Source: Desulfomicrobium sp. (GTDB lineage: Bacteria; Desulfobacterota; Desulfovibrionia; Desulfovibrionales; Desulfomicrobiaceae). From it: a stretch of DNA of 64,000 bases. Position 1 is the stretch's first letter. Every line of letters begins with the position of its first letter. Below the pieces are notes generated by a model. The model was not told the DNA's origin. It did no database searches and saw only the letters and a program-made list of their open reading frames with translations. Position numbers and translations under genes: made by a program. Location of the stretch: positions 192,001 to 256,000 of the forward strand of contig JAXGMI010000001.1 in NCBI GenBank assembly GCA_040768745.1, read 5' to 3'. Positions 33,234-42,577 of this stretch are shown one piece after another.

Positions 33234-33838
33234 ATGTCCATTCTCCTCAACTGTGAAGGCGAACCATGCCCCAATCCCGTGCTGCGCTGCAAGCGACTTC
33301 TGGAGGAACAATCCCCCCGGAGCCTGGAGGTGGTTGTGGACAACGACGCCGCCAAGGAAAACGTCGTCCGTTTCCTGAGCAGCAAGAACATGCGCATCGA
33401 TCACACACGGCGGGACGGAAATCTGTGGGTCATCACGGCCTCGCAAATCTCGGGCCCGGATCAGGATGCTGCTGAGCAGACAGGCGCCTGTCCGGCTTGC
33501 GCACCCAGGATTTTGGTCTTCCTGACTTCAGACGTCATCGGCCATGGAGACGCGACGCTGGGTGCGAAGCTGATGGGCAATTTCATCAACACCCTTCCCG
33601 AGTTGGGAAACGCCCTGTGGAGGATCATCATGGTCAACGGCGCGGTCAAGCTGGCCACAAAGAGCAGTCCTTGCATCGACAAGCTCAGGGAGCTGGAGGC
33701 TGCGGGCGTATCCATACTGGTCTGCGGTACCTGCCTGGATTTTTTGAACTCCTGAACCAGAAGGATGTCGGTCAGGTGACAAACATGCTGGATGTGGTCA
33801 CCAGCCAGCAGGTGGCAGACAAGATCATTGCCCTCTAG
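33234..33838 (+). CDS. yedF: sulfurtransferase-like selenium metabolism protein YedF (TusA + DsrE domains; frameshift ~33745)
   Basis: CEGEPCPNPV TusA motif, GHGDATLG and CGTCLDF. The tail VTNMLDVV..ADKII is in the next frame after a T-run. Confidence 0.85.
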
Positions 33839-33839
33839 T

Positions 33840-34304
33840 TCACCCCTGTGGACCTGGTGCCCGCTTCAGGTCCGCCTCCCCGCTCGCCAATGGCATCCCG
33901 GCCCCTTTCCAGGCCAGAATCCCCCCGCGCAGTTCAAAAATCCGCTGGAAGCCCAGGGAGTCAGCCAGAGCCAGGACATGCGAAGTGCGGTTTCCGCTGC
34001 GACAGTACACGAACAGGGTTGCCCCTCTATCCAGTGCCGCGAAGCGGTCCCGGAAATCCGGCGAGTAGTAGTTGAGCAGTACCGCGCCCTCGATATGCCC
34101 CTGGCTGAATTCCTCGGGCGTGCGTACGTCCAGGATCATGAATTCGGGATTACTCCGGTTCCTGTGCATGAGCTCGGCGGCAGCAGCCGGCTCCAGCAGG
34201 CGGGGATCCCGGGACGGGCACGCAGCGAGGAGCACCAGCATGACCCATGCCCCGGCCATGGCCGCGAGGGGCATGGCTGACCTGTGGCAGACAGCAGCCA
34301 TCAT
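33840..34304 (-). CDS. rhodanese-domain protein, probable lipoprotein
   Basis: ILDVRTPEEF..GHIEGA, YCRSGNR, LRGGILAW, and lipobox-like LAAC. Confidence 0.85.
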   Translation of the reverse strand: MMAAVCHRSAMPLAAMAGAWVMLVLLAACPSRDPRLLEPAAAAELMHRNRSNPEFMILDVRTPEEFSQGHIEGAVLLNYYSPDFRDRFAALDRGATLFVYCRSGNRTSHVLALADSLGFQRIFELRGGILAWKGAGMPLASGEADLKRAPGPQG

Positions 34305-35095
34305 GTGATACGCTCCGGCGCCGCAAAGATGGAAAACCTGTTCTGGCGGGCAAAGCCAATCAGGGTCAGATTCAGGTCATGGGCCAGAAGCACGGCCTGA
34401 TGGGTCGGGGCGCCGAGGGAAACAAGCACTGGGATACCAGCCCTTCTGGTCTTGTGCACGATCTCCGAAGAAATACGGCCAGACGTGACCAGCAGAGTCC
34501 GCTCCAGGTCCACTCCCATTGCCAAAGCCCTGCCCACGACCTTGTCCGCGGCGTTGTGCCGGCCGACGTCGTCCCGGATAAGCTCGGGATCCGCACCATC
34601 CACGCTCAACGCCACGGTGTGCACGCCTCCTGTGGCGTGGTGCAGATCCGAATGGCGGCGGAACCAGTTGGCCAACTCCTGCACGCGGACCCCGGCAATG
34701 GCAAAGCCGGCGGACAGAGGGCTTCGCCCGGCAAGCTCCAAGGGGCTGGAGAACATGACCCCCTTGCCGCAGCCGGACGTGAATGTCCGCCGGAACAACT
34801 GGCTTGGCTCCACCTTGTGTCCAAGGCGAGCATACACCACCCAATGCGCCTCATCCACTTCACACCCAAGAAAATCACCGGACCGCTGCATCAGGCCGGA
34901 GGTGAAAAGAAATCCGCGGGCCAGATCATCCAGATGTTCTGGCGTGCCCATTAGGGTCGCAATCTCCAGCCCGTCCACCATGATGGTCACCGGGACTTCC
35001 GTTGCCACCACATCGGTCTCCATCCGGGGGCCTTCAGCCGTGACCTTGACGATATCCATTCGCACCAGGGGTTCCAAAGGCTGTGGGTCAGCCAT
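34301..35095 (-). CDS. fdhD: formate dehydrogenase accessory sulfurtransferase
   Basis: TSGCGKG, TGGVH, DVGRHNAADK and TSGRISSE. Confidence 0.93.
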   Translation of the reverse strand: MADPQPLEPLVRMDIVKVTAEGPRMETDVVATEVPVTIMVDGLEIATLMGTPEHLDDLARGFLFTSGLMQRSGDFLGCEVDEAHWVVYARLGHKVEPSQLFRRTFTSGCGKGVMFSSPLELAGRSPLSAGFAIAGVRVQELANWFRRHSDLHHATGGVHTVALSVDGADPELIRDDVGRHNAADKVVGRALAMGVDLERTLLVTSGRISSEIVHKTRRAGIPVLVSLGAPTHQAVLLAHDLNLTLIGFARQNRFSIFAAPERIT

Positions 35096-35269
35096 GCAGC
35101 ACGCTCCTTCATTGTCGCTTCACATTCCCTCTGCCGGAAAGAAAGGTGGCCATTTCATGGCCTCGAGACCGGCACCGGGCCACCCGTTTCCATGCCTTGC
35201 AGGCACTTGGGTTCATTCCTAGTTACAGACACAGGCCTGTCAAGCAAAGAGAGCCGTACCCCCTGCCGT

Positions 35270-35287
35270 TTGTGACATTCTTCACGA
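35270..35287. promoter_or_regulatory. Rex-type operator upstream of cytochrome c3
   Basis: TTGTGACATTCTTCACGA matches the Rex consensus TTGTGAA-N4-TTCACAA with two mismatches. Confidence 0.6.
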
Positions 35288-35398
35288 TTACATTCTTGCC
35301 CTCCAGCGCCAAAGGGGATATTGGGTCGTGCTGCGAAGGGAATTATCCGGCCCTCCTGCGGGAGGACCGGAACAAGGTCATACACCAAGGAGGAAGAG

Positions 35399-35805
35399 AT
35401 GAATCGTATTGCTGCCCTGGTTCTGATTGGGTTGATGATGGTCTTGGGTGGTGCTGCCGTGGCCCTGGCCGGGAACCTCGAAATTCCCCAAAGCGTCACG
35501 CTGAGTCCAAAGCAGTTTCAAGGCTACACCCCCAAGAAAGGGGACGTCACGTTCAACCATGCCTCACACATGCACATTGCTTGCGCGGACTGTCATCACA
35601 CCGTTCCTGACACCTACACCTTCGAGGGCTGCATGACCGAAGGCTGCCACGATGACATTCAAAACAGGGCTGAAGTCAATTCCGTGTTCCGGACCTTCCA
35701 CACCACCAAAGACACAACCAAGAGCTGTGTGGGCTGTCACCGCAACCTCAAGAAACAAGGCCAGGGCGACGCTCCCTGGCCTGCAACAGTTGCCACGTAA
35801 AATGA
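35399..35805 (+). CDS. tetraheme cytochrome c3 (class III; frameshift ~35775)
   Basis: Signal peptide, VTFNHASH, CADCHH, CMTEGCH and CVGCH. The fourth heme motif CNSCH appears on adding one C. Confidence 0.9.
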
Positions 35806-35874
35806 CGTGCACGCCCCCGGAAGCCCGGGGCTGCTCCGTCCTTTTGCCGGCCATCGGTATTTTTCCCCGGATGT

Positions 35875-36561
35875 TCAGGCCGGATACACATCCGTTGACC
35901 GCAAACGAACCGGCACCTGCTCCAGGTCCCAATTCCCCGCCTCGATCTGCTCCCTGAAGGCCTGAGTGCGATAGGTGGTTCTGCGCAGAATGGGGCGTTG
36001 GTGGCTGGACAGCCACTGATGGCGGACCCTGACGTATTCGCTGACCCACCTCTCCTCGGATCCCCCCAGGGACGGTGGGCTTTCTTCAAACCGTTGCCGC
36101 AGAAACCACAAGATCCCCCCGCTGTGGATGAAGGAATCGTACACCACAAGCAAAGACAGGGCCTTGGCCAATCCATGGTCGTCAGCCCAACTCAGGGCGG
36201 GAAGAAAATAGGCCTCCTCGAAAAATTGATCCTGGATGGACCGCATGACCGGATCACCCCTGCCCGCGGCTCGGAGCGCTGCCCTGAATTCCCCATCGTA
36301 GGTCAGGGCATCGCTTCCCACCCGCGGGGCATAGGGAGCAAGGACTGCGCTGTAGATGCCCCCGGCCGCTATATACATCCCCACCAGCTTGCGCAGATTG
36401 CCGTACTCCGTTGTCTGGGCCCGGCCGTATGAAAGCTGACGCATGCGGTGCGGACCATCGGCCTGAATGGATATGGCACCATAATCGCCTTCAGGGCGAC
36501 CTGTCTCCATGGCGTTGATCAGCCGCTCCACAAGACTGCGCTGTTTCTCTGACAAATACAT
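35875..36561 (-). CDS. GH46 chitosanase-like (lysozyme-fold) hydrolase
   Basis: INAMETG..DYGAI..ADG..LSYG..QTTE, DPVMRSIQD..YF.PA and YDSFIHSG. No signal peptide. Confidence 0.7.
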   Translation of the reverse strand: MYLSEKQRSLVERLINAMETGRPEGDYGAISIQADGPHRMRQLSYGRAQTTEYGNLRKLVGMYIAAGGIYSAVLAPYAPRVGSDALTYDGEFRAALRAAGRGDPVMRSIQDQFFEEAYFLPALSWADDHGLAKALSLLVVYDSFIHSGGILWFLRQRFEESPPSLGGSEERWVSEYVRVRHQWLSSHQRPILRRTTYRTQAFREQIEAGNWDLEQVPVRLRSTDVYPA

Positions 36562-36715
36562 TTCCCCACCTCGTTCTGTGCGGGATTGGCAGGCGCCTGC
36601 ACCACATTCATACAAATCAAAAGATTATCGAAAATTGATTCTTGAAATGCCCTGCAAAATATGGGAGGAACGCTGCATTCTTACGTCACCCTAGCCGCCC
36701 TGCTCAACCCCAAAT

Positions 36716-37279
36716 GTGGTGCGTCATGAATCAACCCGGCAGGCCTATGCAAAAAAGAACACGAAGATTTCCTTGCGCACGCAAGAAACAACCCTGACCA
36801 AGCTGAGAATCATCAGCCGCATCGAGGGCAAGACCATCTCCTCCCTCATTGAGAACGTGCTCACCGAGCACGTCCTTCAACCGGAAAATCCCTTGCCCCT
36901 GTCAGAGGAAAAACGGAGTTCTCCCCGCAAGAAATGCTCCATCCCGGTCGTCATTTCCCTGGCCAACAACACTGCGCCGACATACTGCAACGGCGTCATT
37001 GTCAATTTTTCGCCCTTCGCCATGCAGATCATCCTTTCGGATCAGGCATCTGGCCACCTTCAGTTAGGCGCCGAGCTCCACGCACTCTTCACCCTGCCCA
37101 CAAGCGCCATGCCGCTGCTCCTTTCCGGCGTCGTTTCCAGGATCGATCATGCCCCTGGTGAATGCATGATCACTTCCGGCATTCGTGGAAGTGAGCGGCA
37201 TGAATTGGATTGCATCAATAAATTTGTCAGGGACAAGGCGCCATCGAAATCCGGAACAGGCCACCTTGTATATTCGTGA
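36716..37279 (+). CDS. ribbon-helix-helix + PilZ domain protein
   Basis: N-terminal TKISLR..LRIISRIEGKTISSLIENVL, then EKRSSPR (RxxxR) and NFSPFA. True start may be ATG 36747 if the A-run is one base short. Confidence 0.7.
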   Translation: MVRHESTRQAYAKKNTKISLRTQETTLTKLRIISRIEGKTISSLIENVLTEHVLQPENPLPLSEEKRSSPRKKCSIPVVISLANNTAPTYCNGVIVNFSPFAMQIILSDQASGHLQLGAELHALFTLPTSAMPLLLSGVVSRIDHAPGECMITSGIRGSERHELDCINKFVRDKAPSKSGTGHLVYS

Positions 37280-37320
37280 CTTTCTGCGTCCGTTAACATT
37301 TTTGCAGAAGGCGTAGCGCC

Positions 37321-37998
37321 ATGGAACGTAAAAATCTCCTGAAACGGCGGGTTCTCCGGGATGATGTGGCCGAGTATCTCATGCAAGCCATCCTGGCGGG
37401 CAGCCTCAACCCCGGCGACAAAATCGTGGAATCGAAATTGGCCCGGGAGCTCTCCATCAGCCAGGGGGCTGTGCGTGAGGCGATCCGGGACCTCATCGCC
37501 CAGGGCGTGCTTGAAACCGAGCCGTACAAAGGCACCCGCATCCGCACCCTCTCCCGGGCACAGCTTGACGACTACTACGACGTGCGGACGGAAATTGAGT
37601 CCATTGCCGTCCGCTGGAGCATCGTCAAACATCAATCACGCTATCTTGATCTGGCGCATCTCAAGTCCTGCGTGGACAACATGGCCATCTGCGTCCAGAA
37701 CAACGATACCACGAACATGCGCAAACACGACATGGCCTTCCATCAGGCCATCGTTCTGGCTGCGCACAGCGAGTCTCTGGCCAAGGCCTGGAATTCTCTG
37801 GGCAATTATTACTGGAGCTATATCGCGGTTCACTACGACCATGCCGCCTCCCTGCTGCCGGCCCAGGTCGAAAAGCACCGCACCATGTACGAGGCCATCG
37901 CCGCGGCAGACATCAGCGCCTATGCCCAATGCGTGCGCGGCCATTACTTCGATGCGGACACCCTGTTCCCGACGGAGGGCGAGGGTTCAGCACCGTAG
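37321..37998 (+). CDS. GntR (FCD) family regulator
   Basis: LNPGDKIVESKLARELSISQGAVREAI and DMAFHQAI. Confidence 0.93.
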   Translation: MERKNLLKRRVLRDDVAEYLMQAILAGSLNPGDKIVESKLARELSISQGAVREAIRDLIAQGVLETEPYKGTRIRTLSRAQLDDYYDVRTEIESIAVRWSIVKHQSRYLDLAHLKSCVDNMAICVQNNDTTNMRKHDMAFHQAIVLAAHSESLAKAWNSLGNYYWSYIAVHYDHAASLLPAQVEKHRTMYEAIAAADISAYAQCVRGHYFDADTLFPTEGEGSAP

Positions 37999-38059
37999 AC
38001 GCGGACAAAAAATGCTTGCCAAAGCTCCGGGGCTTGCATAATGACGCATTTCACGCCGT

Positions 38060-38146
38060 GCCGAAGTGGTGGAATTGGTAGACACGCTAGGTTCAGGGTC
38101 TAGTGGGGGTTCCCCCATGGGAGTTCGAGTCTCCCCTTCGGCACCA
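38060..38146 (+). tRNA. tRNA-Leu(CAG)
   Basis: 87 nt. GCCGAAG/CTTCGGC acceptor stem, anticodon loop TTCAGGG, long variable arm, GTTCGAG T-loop and encoded CCA. Confidence 0.96.
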
Positions 38147-38156
38147 ACTGATCCTA

Positions 38157-38195
38157 AAAGGATGTTAGCTAACTGGCTAGCATCCTTTCTTTTTT
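38157..38195 (+). terminator. island-supplied terminator after tRNA-Leu
   Basis: AAAGGATGTTAGC-taactg-GCTAGCATCCTTT followed by a T-run. Confidence 0.7.
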
Positions 38196-38292
38196 CTGCC
38201 TTTCAGAATCAAATAAGGATGCCGGAAAAGCTCAGAAAATAGGTTGACTGTCCAACTTGATACAATTCATTTGTAAAATTGGGCGGTACGTT

Positions 38293-39130
38293 ATGGGCTA
38301 TGGGCATTATCTGGTGCGGGTTCAGACCACATATCATTTCCGGTACACTCTCCCCTCTTGGGCCATTGGCAACCCTAAGCCTATTCAGCTAAAGCGGTCA
38401 CTGGCAATTCATGACGCAAAGGCCGCTAAGAAGCTCTCAAGGCATCTGGCGAGCCAACTAGAGCTATTTCTGATAACTTCATCCTTGGGGATTGTTGATA
38501 TGAATCAAGACGAGAGGAAGCGGGTTCTATTCCGATTTCTGGAGCAAGAAATATCTGATTGGAAGTCAGTCCATGCCAATGGCCCAAGGCTCACAAGGGA
38601 ACAGCATGAAGAGCGCGTCAAGGCTGCTCAGGATTCAAGGAAAGACGTTCTATGGGATATTCAAAGCTCAAATCTCAAGCCCTCACTTGAGAAGGTCACA
38701 ACGCTTTATCGGCAACTTGGAATGATGGATGAAGCAGACAAAAATGATGCCTATGATTACGCACTAACAGAAGCATTGTTTCATCAGTTTGTGGAGATGA
38801 CGCTTTCAGGAAATCCTGAAATGGCTCAAAGGTTAATTGACAGGAATCGACCTGTTGAGCCTGTTCTACCTGTCCAGCAATCAATCCAAGAAAAGCCAGA
38901 TGAGCCTTTAATATCAATTCTTATTCAAGACTATCTTAAAGAACACAAAGAAATATGGGCACAAAAGACCTATGTAAGCTATAAGTCAGATTTGAATTTA
39001 TTTTTGAGTAATATAAAAGATAAGCCAATCAACAAATATACGAAACAAGATTTCTTGCAATTCAGAGAAACATTGAAATCGCTTCCAGCTAGAAATAAGA
39101 AAGGTAATAAAGCAATAACTGCACGATCCT
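38293..39130 (+). pseudogene. tyrosine integrase N-terminal part (DUF6538-like + core-binding domain), truncated by IS
   Basis: HYLVRVQTTYHFRYTLP..LKRSL..AKKL arm domain and 'IQDYLKEH..W..KTY..Y..L..F..DKPINKYTKQDFLQFRETL'. No catalytic domain found after the IS. Confidence 0.75.
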
Positions 39131-39191
39131 CTGGGATAGGGTTTTCTTGGACACCAAATTGGGAGTAGAGAGACTCCCCATGAGGTGATTC

Positions 39192-39581
39192 ATGAGCAAA
39201 CAAAGCGACAAGGATATTTCAGCCGTCTCCCCGGTGGAGGGAGGCCGTAGGCCGACTGGAACCGGGGAGACGAAGGCAACTCCCAAGCGATTCTGGGCAC
39301 AGCACAAGACCGAGGCCGTCCTCCGGCTTCTGCGTGGTGAAGACATCGAAACGCTCAGTCGGGAACTCGGCGTGACGGCTGCCACGCTCTCACAATGGAG
39401 AGATGCCTTTCTGGCCGGTGGCGCGGATAGTCTCAAAAAACGCTCTCCGGCGGAGGAGGCCGAATACAAGCGCCTCAATGAGAAAATCGGCGAGCAGACC
39501 ATGGAGATAGAACTGCTCCGCGAGAAGATCCGAATGATGGAGGCAAAAGACCCTTTGGGGTTGCGGAGGTCGAGGAAATGA
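39192..39581 (+). CDS. IS3-family OrfA (HTH)
   Basis: KTEAVLRLLRGEDIETLSRELGV..LSQWRDAF plus a coiled coil. Confidence 0.85.
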   Translation: MSKQSDKDISAVSPVEGGRRPTGTGETKATPKRFWAQHKTEAVLRLLRGEDIETLSRELGVTAATLSQWRDAFLAGGADSLKKRSPAEEAEYKRLNEKIGEQTMEIELLREKIRMMEAKDPLGLRRSRK

Positions 39582-40467
39582 GCCGGTCCACCTCGCCCTC
39601 CACTGGTCAGACGTATGGGCTGGTGCTGGTTTGCCGGGTCTGGAATCTCCCCAGGTCCACGCATTATGCACGCAAGGTTGCGAATGAGGGCACACCAAGC
39701 CGCCGAGGCCCTATTGGCTTCCACAGTGATGGGGAGTTGTTCGGGCACATCGTGGCATGCATCCAGAACTCCCCTTTTACTGGTGAAGGCTATCGGAAAG
39801 TGTGGGCCAGGTTGCGTTTTGAGGGCATCAGAACGTCCCCCTGCGAACGCTTCGGATCATGAGAGAGAACAACCTGCTCGCAGTGCGCAAGCCCGGCAGG
39901 CCGCATGGCCCCAAGGCGCATGACGGGACGATCAAGACTGCCCGGGTGGACGAGATGTGGGGCACGGACATGACCACGACGATGACCATGCAGGAAGGCA
40001 ACGCTTCGATCTTCCTGGCCGTGGACCACTGCTCTCTGGAGTGTGTCGGCATCCACGCCGCTAAGTACGGGACGCGCTTTGAAGCCCTGGAGCCGATTCG
40101 CCAAGGTGTGCGCCACAGCTTTGGAGCCTTTGGACCCGCCGTGGCAGAGGGCCTGACCCTGCGACATGACAATGGTAGCCAGTACGTTTCCAGTGTGTTT
40201 CAAGAGGAGGTTTCCTTCCTGGGCATCCGGAGTTCGCCTGCTTTCGTCAGAGAACCCCAAGGCAACGGCATCGCCGAGAGGTTCGTGCGCACGCTCAAGG
40301 AAAACCTGCTCTGGGTTCGGCGGTTCGATACGGTCGAGGAACTCCGACTTGCCCTCTTGGAGTTCAAGGAGACGTACAACCGGGAATGGATCATTGGACG
40401 CCACGGCTACAAGACTCCGGCAGCGGTGCGGGCCATCCAGAAAGAGGCCGTGAACGTTGCGGCTTGA
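39578..40467 (+). CDS. IS3-family OrfB DDE transposase (frameshift ~39840)
   Basis: GYRKVWARLR, WGTDMT, RHDNGSQY and NGIAERFVRTLKE. ATGA overlap with orfA. Confidence 0.85.
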
Positions 40468-40506
40468 TTAACCAAAAACGTGTCCAAAAAACCGTAGACC
40501 GATACA

Positions 40507-40659
40507 CCTGATCTAGCCTTCTGGGAGGCGTTTGATAGTGGCCCGGCAATGGAATGGCCTACAGGTTATCAACTTCCAGACGATGACGAACCGCCTATTT
40601 ATGGACCGGGGGATGAAGAGGCTATCGAAAGGCATATGGCGATCCTTGAGGCGGCTTAA
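40507..40659 (+). pseudogene. orphan 3' end (50 codons) of an unknown gene
   Basis: Frame open from the IS end: PDLAFWEAF..YGPGDEEAIERHMAILEAA*. It is not an integrase continuation. Confidence 0.6.
40598..40659 (+). repeat. 62-bp direct repeat, copy 1
   Basis: 59/62 identical to 48517-48578. Confidence 0.95.
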
Positions 40660-41859
40660 ATGTCTTGACGTTGGGCATTGAATGAGATCATTTTTGTGGG
40701 GCAATTCAACTAAAGGCAAAAGCCGGTTTTTCAAGCTGGATCTAATTATCCACTTGATGAATCTAGACGAAATAGAACATTCCCATACTAAACAATTTCT
40801 GAAACGGCATATTTGCGACGATTAATATGGAGGACAAGATGAAGTTGTACAAACGTATTGTCTCAAATAATATCAAAGAGTCGTAAGCGCTCAGACATCC
40901 GCATTTTCCACGGGCGTCCCTGACCTGCGATAGAAGCAGGAGTCTTTACTTTTTGCGAGGCTTGGGCTTGGGAAGGCTTGGGAGAAGGGATTTGTCCACG
41001 TGCTGCGGCATGAGCGCCCGCATGTCTTCCGTGGTCCGTGCTGCGGGGAAGCGTTCGAAGAGGAATTTCAGGTAGGCTTGGGGCTCGATCTCGTTGGCCT
41101 TGGCGGTTTCCACCAGGGAAAAGAGCATGGCGCTGGCGTCCGCACCCTTGGGGACTCCGGCAAAGAGCCAGTTCTTCCGGCCCAGGGCCACGGGGCGGAT
41201 GGCGTTCTCGGCCGTGTTGTTGTCGGGCGTGAGCAATCCGCAGTCCACGTAGCGCACGGCCCGGCTCCACTGGTTTCGGGCGTAGGTCATGGCCTGTCCG
41301 AGCAGGCTTTTGGGCGGGACGCCCAAGTTTGACAGCAATATCGAGCTTATTTGTTTAAAATTAGGATATTATCGCTTCGGCGCTAGTTGGAGTTTACACT
41401 ACATTTCCTTTTTCTCCACGGGTCGGGATCGGAGGGGCGCCCAGGGTGCGCAAGATCTTCTTCTGCGCTTCCGTGGGGCGACTAGGGGTCATCAGCTTCT
41501 GTTCTCCGACCATGATCTCCCCCATCTTGATCTGACGCAGAAGGCGGATGGCTGTCGGCACAGACACTGCCATTCCTTTGAGCTTGTTGCGCATCCAGCG
41601 CTCTAACTGCAATGCGATCACGCAGACAAACACATGTGCCCTGATTCGCTCCTCAGTCCAGTGATACACAGGGCGTAGTTCCAAGGTGCTTTTGAGCGCT
41701 CTCCATCCCCGTTCAATTTCAGCAAGCTCTTTGTAATGTTTGATAATGTCTGCGCATGGTGCATCCATGTCGGTTGTTTCGAGGTAAGCGCTCACCTGTC
41801 CGCATCTATCCATAAATTTTTCATGTGAGATAATGGGCCTCCAATTCAAGGAGGTCTTC

Positions 41860-42186
41860 ATGAAATCTCAATTTGCACAGAATCACGCGGCACGCTGGAT
41901 GGCGCATGTCCGGCAATGGCGGGAGAGTGGCCTCGGCAAGACCCGATACTGTCGCGAAAATGGTTTGGCTTTGAGCACGTTCCAATACTGGATAACAAAG
42001 TCCCGATCATCTTCTGGTGGCGAATCCACCTCAATTCCTGCTCTTGTGGCGTTGCCGCTTACGTTCGCCTCGAAAGCCCCGTCCATTGGCCTGCTGGTCG
42101 GTAAGCGTTACGCTCTCGATATCCCGGCTGACTTCGACGAAGCCACGCTGACCAAGCTGCTGACCGTGCTGGAAGCCCGATGCTGA
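41860..42186 (+). CDS. tnpA: IS66 accessory protein TnpA
   Basis: W..HVRQWRESGLGKTRYCRENGL..STFQYW. GGAGG RBS. Confidence 0.88.
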   Translation: MKSQFAQNHAARWMAHVRQWRESGLGKTRYCRENGLALSTFQYWITKSRSSSGGESTSIPALVALPLTFASKAPSIGLLVGKRYALDIPADFDEATLTKLLTVLEARC

Positions 42187-42530
42187 GGGTGCCCGCGGCC
42201 AAGGTCTATCTCGCCCCCGGTACCACGGACATGCGCGCCGGCATCGACAGACTGAGCATGACGGCCCAGGGCATTCTCGATCTGGACCCCTTTTCCGGAC
42301 ACCTCTTTGTCTTCTGCAACCGCAGGCGCGACGCCATCAAGGTGCTGTACTGGGATCGCAACGGCTTCTGCCTCTGGCACAAGCGCCTGGAGAAGCATCG
42401 ATTCTGCTGGCCCGAGCGGGCGTCAGAGGTCATGAATATCACCCCGCAACAGCTTGGCTGGCTCCTCGATGGACTCACGCTCACGCCGCAAGGAGCACAT
42501 CAGCGGTTGTACTACAGATCGGTTCTATAG
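42180..42530 (+). CDS. tnpB: IS66 accessory protein TnpB
   Basis: TDMRAGIDRL, LFVFCNRRRD and LYWDRNGF. Confidence 0.93.
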   Translation: MLRVPAAKVYLAPGTTDMRAGIDRLSMTAQGILDLDPFSGHLFVFCNRRRDAIKVLYWDRNGFCLWHKRLEKHRFCWPERASEVMNITPQQLGWLLDGLTLTPQGAHQRLYYRSVL

Positions 42531-42577
42531 TGACAAATATCTTGCTATTTCAAGATATTATTGCTAAATATTCTTGC

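Larger units (their letters stand above)
39131..40506 (+). mobile_element. IS3-family insertion sequence (left end approximate)
   Basis: Imperfect IRs GGTTTTCTTGGACAC / GTGTCCAAAAAACC..GATACA around orfA and orfB. Confidence 0.8.

Noticed and set aside
33753..33755. TGA in yedF as selenocysteine
   Set aside because: The conserved tail lies in another frame after a T-run, so this is an indel and not readthrough.
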